DNA of 64,000 nucleotides, from positions 256,001 to 320,000 of the forward strand of contig CAVYNY010000016.1 of NCBI GenBank assembly GCA_963769935.1, in the 5' to 3' direction. Positions within the stretch are counted from its first letter, which is position 1. Each line of letters opens with the position of its first letter. A program made the position numbers and the translations under genes. The notes under the pieces were generated by a model, which was not told the origin of the DNA, did not search any database, and saw only the letters and a list, made by a program, of their open reading frames with translations. This DNA is from an uncultured delta proteobacterium (GTDB taxonomy: Bacteria; Desulfobacterota; Desulfobacteria; Desulfobacterales; JAFDCJ01). Below, in pieces: positions 46,763 to 59,075 of the stretch.

Positions 46763-47929
46763 TTACTTCTTCTTGTGAAAATCCACAATCTCTGCGACGG
46801 CTTCGATGGCAGCTCTGATGTGATCCTCCGTATTGAAAGGGCCGATACTCATCCGGACCGATCCTCCGATCTTATCGGTACCCAGTTGTTCGTGCACCAG
46901 GGGCGCGCAGTGCAGCCCGGTACGGCAAGCAATATTGTACTCGCCGTCCAGCAGGGTACCCGTATTAAGGGCCTCCATTCCATCGATATTGAAGGTGACA
47001 ACGGCAATATGATCCGCCAGATCTTCCTGACAATACAGGGTCACACCCTCCAGTTCAGCGAGCCCGTCTCTTAGCATATGGGCCAGCTGCATTTCATGCC
47101 GGTGGATGTGATCGATTCCTCTCTCTTTTATCCACTTCAGGCCCGCATGCAGCCCGGCAATGCCCAGGACATTGCCGGTACCGTACTCCAGTCGATAGGG
47201 ATATTCGTCCAAGTGCAGGCGATCGGCCGACCGAACCCCTGTTCCGCCGGCACGGGTATGCCGAATCTCGATCCCCTCCCTGACATAAAGTCCCCCGATG
47301 CCGGTCGGCCCCAACAGAGATTTATGGCCGGTAAAAGCCACAATATCGACCTTTAATTTATCGATATCGATCGATACCTTCCCGGCGGACTGAGAGGCAT
47401 CAATGGCAAAAGGAACCCCCTGCTCGCGGCAGATGCGTCCGATAGCTGCGACCGGCTGAAGCGTCCCGATGACGTTGGAGGCCTGGTTTACGATGACCAG
47501 ACGGGTATTGGACTTGATTTTTTGTTTGATATCGTCCGGATCGACAAATCCGTTCGCATCGAAGGGAACGTAGTCAACCTCGACCCCGTTAAATTTGTTC
47601 TGATGATAGAGAGGCCGCAGCACGGAATTGTGCTCAAGCGTGGTGGTGACGGCATGATCGCCCTGCTGCAGCATCCCGAAAATAATAAGGTTAAGGGCGT
47701 CGGTGGAGTTATACGAAAAGCACAGCCGGTTGGGATCATGGCCGTTAAAAAAGTCAGCCAGCATCCGGCGGGTGTTGTCTACCAGAGCCCCGGTTTCCAT
47801 GCACAGATCATAGCCGGAACGTCCCGGGTTGACCCCGAAGCTCCGATAAAAAGAGTCCATAAAGGTATATACTTCATCCGGTTTGGGATATGAGGTGGCG
47901 CCATTGTCAAGATAAATCAAGTTTTCCAT
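46763..47929 (-). CDS. Cysteine desulfurase family protein (aminotransferase class V)
   Basis: IYLDNGATS, EHNSVLRP, DASQSAG, TGHKSLLGP, CRTGLHCAP. Confidence 0.9.
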   Translation of the reverse strand: MENLIYLDNGATSYPKPDEVYTFMDSFYRSFGVNPGRSGYDLCMETGALVDNTRRMLADFFNGHDPNRLCFSYNSTDALNLIIFGMLQQGDHAVTTTLEHNSVLRPLYHQNKFNGVEVDYVPFDANGFVDPDDIKQKIKSNTRLVIVNQASNVIGTLQPVAAIGRICREQGVPFAIDASQSAGKVSIDIDKLKVDIVAFTGHKSLLGPTGIGGLYVREGIEIRHTRAGGTGVRSADRLHLDEYPYRLEYGTGNVLGIAGLHAGLKWIKERGIDHIHRHEMQLAHMLRDGLAELEGVTLYCQEDLADHIAVVTFNIDGMEALNTGTLLDGEYNIACRTGLHCAPLVHEQLGTDKIGGSVRMSIGPFNTEDHIRAAIEAVAEIVDFHKKK

Positions 47930-48086
47930 TCCAAAATCTCCTGATGTTAATAAAATTATGTAGTATATGGAAACCATCAGAATTTTGCAAGAGTAAAGGA
48001 TCAGAGATTTGGCTTTACTTTAAAACAGCTTTATCGGATAATGTGTTTACCGATCATGAAATGCCGGATCTCCCACAGGAATTGGA

Positions 48087-49100
48087 ATGAATTCAGACCA
48101 TTCTAAAAAATTCGGACACCTTCTGGTTGATTTCATCAATGCCGACGGCACGGAAAATGCGCTCCAATCCTTTCTTTACAATCTTCAGTCCCATTTCTCA
48201 TTTTCAACGGATTTTTATGAAAAGGTAAAGCATCTGTTTCCATCCATTAATATCTTTGCGGCCGCGCTGAATAAAGACGAATACAAGCTGCTGGAATTAA
48301 TATTAATGAAAAACAGGATCGTTGAAAAGCTTAATGACCAGTTCAAATTAATAAACTACCGTATCGAAAATTATGCCCCGTTTTCAAGGACCCTCAGCCT
48401 GATGAGCCTCGAAGGGAATCGTGACACGGTCGCCAAGCGGCAGAAGGATGCTGCCATGGGTCCGGCTGAGCCGAACAGCGGCGGTTTTTTGCAGACATTA
48501 AACCTGCTGGGCCTTTCGATCGTTGATGGACCGGTCAGCATCAAGATCGATGCCCTCAAGGGCGAAATCGAAGACCTCCTGGGGCCGCTGGCGGCCGGCC
48601 AAATCACCAATCTTATCCAAGCAGGTCATGCCATCGAAGAAGTGATTCCAGGGCTTCCCGCCGGAAAATATGAAGCGCTGCACTCCCTGGCGGAAGAACA
48701 TCGGGAGCTTTTAGATTTTCATAAGAAAGTCGGCGATCTTCAATCCGACTGCGAAGAAACCCTGAGAATGCTCCTGGACGGCAGACCTTATCATGATATT
48801 CCGGCGCTGGTTGCATTCCTGGAAGTATACAACACGACCGACTATCAACGATTGATAATTGCCGACTGCAATCGGCTTGTAGCTGTATTTTCAATCGACG
48901 AACGCAAATATTTTGCAATCAGGCAAATCGAGGGTTGGCTGGATGCACTGCAAAAAGTAATTGCATATTTTCTGATAGAATTTTTAAAATCGGAAAAAAA
49001 CATAAATTATGTGAAAAAGTGCCGGACTTGCAGCCGGTATTTCATTGCCCGACAGCCCAAAATTCAAAAATTTTGCAGCAAAGCGTGTCGCGCAAGGTGA
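48087..49100 (+). CDS. Hypothetical protein with C-terminal CGNR-like zinc finger
   Basis: KKCRTCSRYF..QKFCSKACR. Confidence 0.65.
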   Translation: MNSDHSKKFGHLLVDFINADGTENALQSFLYNLQSHFSFSTDFYEKVKHLFPSINIFAAALNKDEYKLLELILMKNRIVEKLNDQFKLINYRIENYAPFSRTLSLMSLEGNRDTVAKRQKDAAMGPAEPNSGGFLQTLNLLGLSIVDGPVSIKIDALKGEIEDLLGPLAAGQITNLIQAGHAIEEVIPGLPAGKYEALHSLAEEHRELLDFHKKVGDLQSDCEETLRMLLDGRPYHDIPALVAFLEVYNTTDYQRLIIADCNRLVAVFSIDERKYFAIRQIEGWLDALQKVIAYFLIEFLKSEKNINYVKKCRTCSRYFIARQPKIQKFCSKACRAR

Positions 49101-49113
49101 AAAAAGTGACTGA

Positions 49114-49326
49114 TTACCAGGGTATCGGCTGGCGATCGTGGAAAAATCCGCCGCTTGGACCGCCATCCGGCGGTGTGGCCAACCAGGCCGGGGTATCAGC
49201 CCCCTGCTCCGGCGACAGCGGCGCCTGACTTCCGCCCATGTCTGTGCGCACCCATCCCGGGCAGACGGAATTAATCAGGATGTTGGCACCGGTTACCAAA
49301 GCGACGCGTTTTTCTGAATTTGGCAT
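49114..49326 (-). pseudogene. SDR (carbonyl reductase-like) with a large in-frame internal deletion
   Basis: RVALVTGAN fused to NILINSVCPGWVRTDMGG..EQGADTPAWLA..GGFF; rest of the Rossmann fold and YxxxK missing. Confidence 0.85.
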
Positions 49327-49416
49327 GTCATCGTGCTCCGAATTACTCCGCCCTGAAAAATAGCGATACCAGGATTGGATAAAACATAGTCGCCCAATTG
49401 AAACTGAGGTGGATTC

Positions 49417-50138
49417 TCAACGTTGCCCGGACGGATTAATTATCTTATTCAAATCAAGCAATAGCTCCAGGCCTGTAATTACAGGCACCGAGGTTTGCGC
49501 TTCCGGCCAGTTACGGTGCACGCTGTGATGCTGCAGCCATATGGGATGCAAGCCGGCATCCTGCGCCCCGCGGATATCGATGCGATAGTCATCGCCCACA
49601 TAAACCGCCTCGGAAGGTGCGGTCTGCAGCTGCGCCAGGCAGCGGCGAAACGGTTCCGCATCCGGTTTGGGGGGGATGCCGCCTTCGCCGGCCACAATGA
49701 TTACCTTGAAAAATTTTTCGAGTTCAGGAAATAAGCTGATGCGGTGGTTGCCGGCTGTTTTCTGTGTCCCTGGGTGTTGGTAATCAGGGCAACCTTGTAT
49801 TTACTGTTGAGGGCGGCCAGCACCTGCTCGGCCTCGGGGAAGAGAGATGTATGTCGCTTCACCGTTTCCCAGTATTCGGCTTCCCAGTTATCAAGTGATC
49901 TTTCATCGGGCGCATGGCAGTAGTAAAAATAGACTTCATGAAACAGTGATTTCCTGGAGAAATTGGATTGTTCATGAAACTCCTTGCGCAGCCGCCGGTA
50001 GACATTCATAAAATCCGGCCGGATCGTAAGGTCCAGACTTGAAAAAAGTTTGGCCTGGGCCTGCTTTTCGGCCGTGCGAAAGCCGTTGGCCGAGTCCACC
50101 AGGGTCTGTCCGAAGTCGAAAATAATAGCTTTGATCAT
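49417..50138 (-). pseudogene. HAD-superfamily hydrolase with frameshift
   Basis: IIFDFGQTL..ITNTQG, then CA duplication near 49764-49767; other frame continues ..PKPD..YVGDDYRIDIRGAQDAGL. Confidence 0.82.
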
Positions 50139-50297
50139 GATGTTAATGGTTAGGTGTTTGGTGTTTGGTGTTGCGGTTCGAGGTGCGCGTTGCGAGTTTC
50201 AAAAAGTTAGCCGATAGCTCATAGCTGATAGTAAAATGATTTGAATCCTATTCATAAACTATGAGCTGTGAGCTATGAACTATGAACTTTTTTGATA

Positions 50298-51176
50298 TCA
50301 CCTCGCCAGCGAGATGAGAAACCCGCCGCTGAATATGATCAACGCCCCGGTCAGGCGCATACCCCTGTGCTTTTCCTTGAGCAGGTGGCTTCCCATGAGC
50401 ACGGCAAAAACGATACTGGTTTGTCTCAGGCCCACGATGTAGCTGACGCGCTCGATAGTGAACGCAACCAGAATCAGCGCGTATCCGGTAATGCCGATCA
50501 CGCCCGCCATAATAATCCGGCTTGATCCGGTATGCCATTCTTTTCGGATCATGACGGCATTTTTTGTCAGCGCGATGTAGGGTGTATAGTAGCACATCCC
50601 GATAAATAGATGCAAAAAGGCGAACAGGATGGGATGGATGACGGCAACCGCCAATTTGTCCACAATCGAATAAAAGGCCACTGAAACCAGCGTCAAAAAG
50701 GCAAACTGCGTGGAGCGGTCGTTGGCAATGGATTTGACGGGTGCCAACAACTCGGCTCCGGATATCTGCTTCATGTTAATGATGTAGACGCCGACAGCCA
50801 CCAGCAGAATACCGGCAACCCCCTGAGCCGATACCTGTTCGCCCAGAAACAGCACGGCAATTACTAATACCAGCGCCGGGGAAGAGCGCATGATTGGATA
50901 AACATGCGACAGATCTCCTTCCTTGTAAGAATTCGTTAAAAAAATCCAGTATAAAAAGTGAATAAACCCGGAGCCCGCGCACCAGGCATAGGCGGCCGGA
51001 TTCGGGATACCGACCCGCAAGAGAAAAAAGAGGAACAAGGGTGCAAAAAAGAGCAAGGCAAACAGGGAGTACAACCACAGGAAAACCTGCTTGTCGCCGG
51101 ATTCTTTGGTAAACAAGCTGCGGATCGCATGGAACAGCGCAGAGAGCAGGACGAGGGCAATGGCAAGGGCGCTCAT
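50298..51176 (-). CDS. EamA/DMT family transporter
   Basis: About ten TM helices, GDLSHVYPIMRSSP, GLRQTSIVFA. Confidence 0.88.
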   Translation of the reverse strand: MSALAIALVLLSALFHAIRSLFTKESGDKQVFLWLYSLFALLFFAPLFLFFLLRVGIPNPAAYAWCAGSGFIHFLYWIFLTNSYKEGDLSHVYPIMRSSPALVLVIAVLFLGEQVSAQGVAGILLVAVGVYIINMKQISGAELLAPVKSIANDRSTQFAFLTLVSVAFYSIVDKLAVAVIHPILFAFLHLFIGMCYYTPYIALTKNAVMIRKEWHTGSSRIIMAGVIGITGYALILVAFTIERVSYIVGLRQTSIVFAVLMGSHLLKEKHRGMRLTGALIIFSGGFLISLAR

Positions 51177-51292
51177 GGATCACCGTGTTGATTTACGATT
51201 TAGAAATAAAAACTAAACCTACCTGAGTTTGCCGCTGATTGCCAGTCTAAAAGACGTTGCTCGACCCCGATGATGGCCCATTGTCCGCTTAA

Positions 51293-52597
51293 TCAGGCAT
51301 CTTCTTTACGCAACGGATTATTGGGATGGGTCGTCCAGTTGGCAGGTTCACTATCGGCAGGCAGTCCGGTGCGGGGGTCTAGACCTTCGCTTAAATGGTT
51401 CATGGTGATACAATCTTCGATGGGACAGACACTGACACACAGGTTGCAGCCAACGCAAGCCTCGTCTTTAACGACAAACTTGCGCTCGCCGTCGACGGTG
51501 TCTGTAATTGCCTGGTGGGACGTATCTTCACAGGCAATATAGCACCGGCCGCATTTGATGCATAATTGCTGGTCGATATATGCCTTTTCGATGTAATTTA
51601 AATTCAGATATTTCCAGTCGGTCACAGACGGTACGGCCCGGCCCACCAAATCATGCACCGAAGCCATTCCTTTTTCATCGAGGAAATTGTTCAACCCGTC
51701 GATCAGGCCTTCCACGATCTTAAAACCATAAACCATTGCAGCGGTGCAAACCTGCACGGTTGTGGAACCCAGCGCGATATAATCGACCGCATCACGCCAG
51801 GTCGTTATGCCGCCGATACCTGAAATCGGGAGATCACGGGTTTCCGCCGTGCGGGCAATCTCAGCCACCATGTTCAGAGAGATCGGTTTGACGGCTGGGC
51901 CGCAATAGCCGCCGTGGGTCCCCATGCCATCGGTGGTGGGATACATCGTCAGCGAATCGTAGTCGACGCGCATAATCGAATTTATCGTATTGATTAACGA
52001 GACGGCGTCGGCACCGCCCGCCTTGGCGGCCCTGGCCGGGTGCAGAATGTTGGTGATATTGGGGGTCAATTTAACGATCACCGGAACCGATGCGTACTTC
52101 TTGCACCATTCGGTGGCCATTTGTACATATTCCGGCACCTGCCCCACTGCGGATCCCATGCCCCTTTCGGACATACCATGGGGACAGCCGAAGTTAAGCT
52201 CGAACCCATCCGCCCCCGTGTCTTCTATCATCGGGACATATTCGGCCCAGGATTTCTCGTTCATCGGCAGCATCACCGACGCAATCAAGGGACGATCAGG
52301 CCAATCCCGTTTGATCTGCCGCATCTCTTTTAAATTGGTTTGCAGCGGTCGGTCGGTAATCAGCTCAATGTTGTTAAATCCGATCACCTGCCGGTCATCG
52401 GCATGCAGCGCAGCATATCTGGGGCCGTTTACATTGACAATATGGGGGTCTTCGCCCAATGTTTTCCAGACAACTCCGCCCCAGCCCGCTTCGAAAGCAC
52501 GATTTACATTGTAAGCCTTATCGGTCGGCGGGCCGGATGCCAGCCAAAAAGGGTTGGGAGATGTGAGGCCGATAAAGTTAGTTTGCAAATTAGCCAT
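51293..52597 (-). CDS. preA: Dihydropyrimidine dehydrogenase subunit PreA
   Basis: NPFWLASGPPT, NNIELI, NFGCPHGMSERGMG, KLTPN, C-terminal 2x[4Fe-4S]. Confidence 0.95.
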   Translation of the reverse strand: MANLQTNFIGLTSPNPFWLASGPPTDKAYNVNRAFEAGWGGVVWKTLGEDPHIVNVNGPRYAALHADDRQVIGFNNIELITDRPLQTNLKEMRQIKRDWPDRPLIASVMLPMNEKSWAEYVPMIEDTGADGFELNFGCPHGMSERGMGSAVGQVPEYVQMATEWCKKYASVPVIVKLTPNITNILHPARAAKAGGADAVSLINTINSIMRVDYDSLTMYPTTDGMGTHGGYCGPAVKPISLNMVAEIARTAETRDLPISGIGGITTWRDAVDYIALGSTTVQVCTAAMVYGFKIVEGLIDGLNNFLDEKGMASVHDLVGRAVPSVTDWKYLNLNYIEKAYIDQQLCIKCGRCYIACEDTSHQAITDTVDGERKFVVKDEACVGCNLCVSVCPIEDCITMNHLSEGLDPRTGLPADSEPANWTTHPNNPLRKEDA

Positions 52598-52630
52598 TGT
52601 TTTTCCTCGCGGTAGTCTTGTTCGGATTGT

Positions 52631-54004
52631 TTATAAATTTTGCAGATAGCCGTGGATCGATAGGGCGGCCAATTTTCCGTCCTGGACGGCGCAAACGGTT
52701 AAATCCTCTCCGCCGGATACGCAATCGCCACCGGCCCAAACATTGTCCAGCGACGTCTGCCGGTTATCATTGACGGCTATTCGCCCGTTCTCAATGGTGA
52801 GGCGGCCCGCCGATTCTCCCAGCTGATCAACCGGCAAGGTTTGGCCGATGGCCTTAAAAATTACATCGGCTTGCAGTTGATAGGATTTTCCGGTTTTCGA
52901 GATGTTGCCGTCTCGATCCACCTCGGTAACATCAAATTCAATACCCGTCACTCGGCCGTCTTTGCTTAACACTCTTTTGGGGCCGGCGCAGTATCGCAGC
53001 TTAACGTCATTTATCTGGGCCCAGTGCTGTTCATATTCACTGGCCTTCATGTTGGCTTTGTCGCGTCGATAGGCGATGGTAACTTCGGACGCTCCCAGTT
53101 TTTTGGACTGAACCGCGACATCGATGGCGGTCATCCCCCCGCCGATAACCACGACTTTATCGCCCACCGGCAGTTGCGACATCCGCTTCGCCTGGCGCAG
53201 ATCGCGAATATAATTGACCGCGTCGAACACCCCATCGACCTCTTCGCCCGCAATTTTAAACTGGTTGACGCCGGGAAGTCCGATCGCAATAAAAACGGCG
53301 TCGAACTCAGCGCGCAATTGATCAAGCATGAAATCTACCCCTAACTGAACATTGGGTTTGATCTCGATCCCGCCGATATCGAGAAGATAATCGACCTCTT
53401 TTTGGGCAATTTCATTTAAAACTTTGTAAGCGGCGATGCCGTATTCATTCAGCCCGCCGGGCTTCTCATTTTTGTCAAAGACCGTCACGCTATGGCCAAA
53501 ACACGCCAACCGGTGCGCACAAGACAGCCCGGCCGGTCCGGCACCGATTACGGCGACCTTTTTATCAGTCGGCGTCTGGCGCTTGAATAAAGGCACCTTC
53601 TTTTCGATAACCCCATCCGTGGCATACCTCTGCAGCAAGCCGATGGCCACCGGTTTGCCTTCATGGGTATTCCGAACGCAGGCCGCTTCACACAACACTT
53701 CCGTCGGACAAACCCGGGCACACATCCCGCCCATAATGTTTTGTTCCAGAATCTTGCGCGCGGAACCCTTAATGCTCCCGGTTTGAACCCTTTTAATGAA
53801 TTCAGGGATATCGATGCCGGTTGGACAGGCGGTGGTGCAGGGTGCGTCGTAACAAAAATAACATCTACCCGCCTCAATGTACGCCTGTGAAGCGGTCAGC
53901 GGCGGGTGCATTTCAGTGAAATTGGCTTTAATCTGATCCTCCGACAATCTGCCAATAGAGCCGCCGGCAGAACTGTTTTTGGATGTGTCCCTGGAATTTG
54001 ACAT
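52631..54004 (-). CDS. preT: Dihydropyrimidine dehydrogenase subunit PreT (GltD-like)
   Basis: RCYFCYDAPC..ACP, CARVCP..LCE, GAGPAGL, GGGMTAID; adjacent to preA. Confidence 0.92.
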   Translation of the reverse strand: MSNSRDTSKNSSAGGSIGRLSEDQIKANFTEMHPPLTASQAYIEAGRCYFCYDAPCTTACPTGIDIPEFIKRVQTGSIKGSARKILEQNIMGGMCARVCPTEVLCEAACVRNTHEGKPVAIGLLQRYATDGVIEKKVPLFKRQTPTDKKVAVIGAGPAGLSCAHRLACFGHSVTVFDKNEKPGGLNEYGIAAYKVLNEIAQKEVDYLLDIGGIEIKPNVQLGVDFMLDQLRAEFDAVFIAIGLPGVNQFKIAGEEVDGVFDAVNYIRDLRQAKRMSQLPVGDKVVVIGGGMTAIDVAVQSKKLGASEVTIAYRRDKANMKASEYEQHWAQINDVKLRYCAGPKRVLSKDGRVTGIEFDVTEVDRDGNISKTGKSYQLQADVIFKAIGQTLPVDQLGESAGRLTIENGRIAVNDNRQTSLDNVWAGGDCVSGGEDLTVCAVQDGKLAALSIHGYLQNL

Positions 54005-54150
54005 ATTCGTGCCCTCACCCTGATCCGGATCCTCCGGAGGCGGAGAATTAAAGATTGAAGATTGCAAATTGAGTAATGACTAATGCGCCTCTCAAACCAT
54101 GAACCAATCGGCCGCGGCGGATTAACCGGCAACTTTCAACCGGTCCCAAC

Positions 54151-55635
<1,485 letters not shown>

Positions 55636-56180
55636 CTAATTTTGTCGGGACCCAGCAGCAGGCTCGGGAAGAGGCGGGACTGAAATTTCGCCGCAGGTCA
55701 GGCAAACGGCCAGGCTGACCATGCTTTAAAATTTGTTATGAGAGATGGCAGCGTCGAACTTTTCCCGAGTCCACTGATACTGGCTGGAGCATTTACGAGG
55801 TGTGAGGATGATCCGGCAATGACCGCATCGCCATCCCGGGCGAAGGCCCATTCGATCATCTATCGTCTCATACCTGATTTGTATAGATTTAGACAGCAAT
55901 GCAAAAAGTCAATACAAGGTAATCATTGACAGGCAGAAATCTGCTCCCGGAAGATCTACTGGCCGGCAATCGTGGCCGCTCTCAATACCATAGTTGCCCT
56001 TCTATTACTATCTGCGACCGGCAAGCTGGATGCTGGATTTATCTAGTACTGCCGGTGCATTACTGAATATCCAGCATCGAGTATCGAGCATCCGGCATCG
56101 ACCACGTAAAAGCGGCGGTCTGGCGCCTGCCCCTGTTAAACAGTTCGGCAGACTTATGCGACATAAAGACTAAGTGGGGT

Positions 56181-56738
56181 TCAGTCCTTTTTGCCAATGC
56201 TGAACGCCCGCCCGACAATCTCACCCAGGCGACAATACTGCTGGCTGCCGGTGACGTAGACCAGCGGATTGATTTTGGCGGCATCCGGCTGTCCGTCGGT
56301 GAGGCAGTCGCTGCGAACATAGCACTCGGCAATCTCGCCCACGATCAGCCGGTGGCTCTTCAGATCCAGCACATGCAAGACCTTGCACTCCAGACTGACC
56401 GGGCATTCTCCAATCATCGGCGCGGTTTCCAATACGCCGTAATCCACCTGGAACATCCCGGATTTGTCTTGTTTATGGCCGGAATAGATGCCGCAGTAGT
56501 CCACCATCTTTGCCATGTCGGCCGAAGGCACGTTGATGGAAAACGTGCCGGTGGCCTGGATTCCTGCCAGCGTGAAGCGCATCGGGCGCAGCGCGACGGT
56601 CACAGCCGGCGGCGCCGAGGCTGCGATCCCGCACCAGGCTGCAGTCATGAAGTTCGCAGTTTCATTCACGCGTGCGCCGACCAGCACGGCCGGCATCGGA
56701 AAGAGCAGGGTCTGAGGCCCCAGTTTGGTTTTTTCCAT
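56181..56738 (-). CDS. Flavin reductase/flavoredoxin family protein
   Basis: PMPAVLVG, NFMTAAW, DYCGIYSG, APMIGECP..LEC. Confidence 0.88.
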   Translation of the reverse strand: MEKTKLGPQTLLFPMPAVLVGARVNETANFMTAAWCGIAASAPPAVTVALRPMRFTLAGIQATGTFSINVPSADMAKMVDYCGIYSGHKQDKSGMFQVDYGVLETAPMIGECPVSLECKVLHVLDLKSHRLIVGEIAECYVRSDCLTDGQPDAAKINPLVYVTGSQQYCRLGEIVGRAFSIGKKD

Positions 56739-56856
56739 GATTCACCTCCCGGAAAATATTGTCGGGTTTCATAAAAAGACAGCAGCTTCGATGATGTCCC
56801 GCCCCCCTGTTCCCCGGCCTGCGCCAAAAGAAGCATGGTCAAGCCGCCGGCCGATC

Positions 56857-57225
56857 CTACTTCTTAAAAAAAAGATACATGGCCAGTCCCACCAGAACCA
56901 GTGCAAAAATTCTTTTGAAGCTGGCGGTCGATACATGCTCGACGAGTCGGGCGCCGATCTGAGCCCCGACAACGCCCCCAATGCCCAGCAGCAGCCCGGC
57001 GCGATAATCCACATTGGCCAACTTGTTGTGGGCGATCAGCGCTGAAATCGAAAGCACCAGGATGGCCAGGAACGACGTTCCAACTGCTTTGTGGGCTGCG
57101 TAACCCATCATCAGCAGGAGCGGAACCATCAGGAAGCCGCCCCCCAAACCGGTAAACGCAGCACCCACGCCCACGAGAACTCCCAGCCCGATCATCACGA
57201 ACAGATTGGTTGATAAATTTACCAT
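56857..57225 (-). CDS. Half-size TauE/SafE (TSUP) family membrane protein
   Basis: GLGGGFLMVPLL, AVGTS, GAQIGA; 122 aa. Confidence 0.8.
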   Translation of the reverse strand: MVNLSTNLFVMIGLGVLVGVGAAFTGLGGGFLMVPLLLMMGYAAHKAVGTSFLAILVLSISALIAHNKLANVDYRAGLLLGIGGVVGAQIGARLVEHVSTASFKRIFALVLVGLAMYLFFKK

Positions 57226-57385
57226 TTGTCACCCTCTCCGCTAAGGGCTCAAGACTGAGCAACCATACCCGGCGTCATGAAGCATTCGGGTAGCGGCCTT
57301 TGAATTAGGAAAGCGCATTTATGTCGTGCAGCTATGGCAGATAGTCAAACAGGTGTCAATAAATGCAAGCATCTAATATGGACCA

Positions 57386-58756
57386 CTACGGTTTGATGTT
57401 CTGGTTCAGATGGAACACATTTTCGGGATCGTACTGCTTTTTGATCTGCACCAGGCGAGCATAGTTGGCGCCGTAAGCCGCCGCCACCCGGTTGCTTTCG
57501 TCTTCCGTCATGAAGTTCACGTAGGCACCGCCGGACGCATACGGTGCACAGGCTTTGAAAAACGCGCGGGCCCAGGCAATACCTCTCTCATCCTCCGCCG
57601 CCTCGTTCCATCGCCCGTGCACATTGAGAACGAACTTGGCGTCCCGGCCGGCATATGCCATAGCATCTGCCGGAACGCGGTTGGCGGCGCCGGCAATGAG
57701 TCCGGTGAAGATCTCGCACTGCGGCGTGGGCGGCTTGCCCGCGAACTGGATCATCGCGTTCAGAGCGCCGTCACTGAGGTCTGTTAAATTATGGGATTTC
57801 CAGTAGTTCCTCGCGCCGGGCGTAAGGAGCGGATCAAAAGCCTTCTGCCATTCCGTGTATGGCATAGCACCGATGTGTTCGCCATGGGCATCGCCGAAAC
57901 GGCGCAAAGGCGCGATCAGTTTTTGGCCTCGGGCAACTTCCCCGGCGTAGAAGACGGCCAGCAAAACCACTTCCCGGCCATGCACGTCTGCGGGAAGAAA
58001 CGGCAGCGGCGGCGCTTGGCGCAACACGACCCACACGCTAAGCTCTTCAGGTGCGGATTCTACAAATTCGCGATACCGTGTCAGCACCGGCTTTGCCTGC
58101 TCGAACGGAAAAACAAGCAGACCGGCCAAGATTTGAGGGCCGACCGGATGAAGTTTGAACTCGTACTTGGTGACGACCCCGAAGTTGCCGCCGCCGCCTC
58201 GGATCGCCCAGAACATGTCGGCATTCTCGTTATCGCTGGCCCTTATATTCTTGCCGTCCGCAGTGACCACGTCTGCTGAGACGAGGTTGTCAATGGTCAG
58301 GCCGTACTTACGTGTCAACCAGCCGAATCCGCCGCCCAGCGTGAGGCCTGAAATGCCCGTCGTTGAATTGATCCCCACCGGCGTGGCCAGCCCATGTTTC
58401 TGTGTCGCCTCGTCAAAATCAGCCAATGTAGCCCCGGGTTCCACATATGCGCGCCCCTTCGCGGCATCAACCCTGACGTTTCTCATGGTTGAAAAATCGA
58501 TCATCAGGCCGCCTTCCCACACGGCGTTGCCGGCGATGTTATGCCCTGCGCCGCGGATGGATATCTCGTACCCTTTCCGGCGTGCAAACGCGATGGCATG
58601 CGAGACATCAGCGGCCTCCGCGCATTGCACAACAACCGCCGGCCGACGATTTATCATCGCGTTCCAGATTTTGCGAACCTCGTCATAGTCCGGATCACCC
58701 GGTAAAACTATCCGGCCTTTCACTTTGCTCTTAAGCTCTGTGGTTATATTTGTCAT
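57386..58756 (-). CDS. FAD-linked oxidoreductase (berberine-bridge-enzyme-like)
   Basis: RGAGHNIAG, GLTLGGGFG, WAIRGGGGNFGVVT, YVNF, KKQYDPENVF; start uncertain. Confidence 0.9.
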   Translation of the reverse strand: MTNITTELKSKVKGRIVLPGDPDYDEVRKIWNAMINRRPAVVVQCAEAADVSHAIAFARRKGYEISIRGAGHNIAGNAVWEGGLMIDFSTMRNVRVDAAKGRAYVEPGATLADFDEATQKHGLATPVGINSTTGISGLTLGGGFGWLTRKYGLTIDNLVSADVVTADGKNIRASDNENADMFWAIRGGGGNFGVVTKYEFKLHPVGPQILAGLLVFPFEQAKPVLTRYREFVESAPEELSVWVVLRQAPPLPFLPADVHGREVVLLAVFYAGEVARGQKLIAPLRRFGDAHGEHIGAMPYTEWQKAFDPLLTPGARNYWKSHNLTDLSDGALNAMIQFAGKPPTPQCEIFTGLIAGAANRVPADAMAYAGRDAKFVLNVHGRWNEAAEDERGIAWARAFFKACAPYASGGAYVNFMTEDESNRVAAAYGANYARLVQIKKQYDPENVFHLNQNIKP

Positions 58757-58853
58757 GGTATTATCCCTGGATTTAAAATGTTTAGTAAACCTTATCGTTG
58801 ATTTATTTAATTCCACCTATCTTAAATCCCTTAATTGAGCCAAGGCTGCCGGC

Positions 58854-59073
58854 GCACAATGCCGCACTTAGGGTTCACGAAAAAATTAATTCACAGTTTT
58901 AGTTGTTGCGGCGCTCTTGCGGCAAGGCGCGAAAACGCAGGAATATCTGGATATTCCGAGCTTTCGCAACGCAGCCGCAAGAGATGCATCGGCGTATAAA
59001 ATGTGAAGTTATTTTTGAGTGAGCCCTTAAGCGGACGCGGCTTTTCGCACTCCGCTGAAGGAGCATGTTCGGA
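58854..59073 (-). other. Degenerate attC-like site interrupted by MITE copy 1
   Basis: Minus strand after the hemerythrin stop: TCCGAAC-5-CCTTCAGCGGA..TCCGCTTAAG-6-ATTGTGC; 61 bp when the MITE is removed. Confidence 0.55.
58871..59026. mobile_element. 156-bp MITE-like hairpin element, copy 1
   Basis: Imperfect TIRs GGGTTCAC..AAAAATTAATTCACA / TGTGAAGTTATTTTT..GTGAGCCC; flanking TTA/TTA duplication; second copy at 63418. Confidence 0.8.
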
Positions 59074-59075
59074 AC

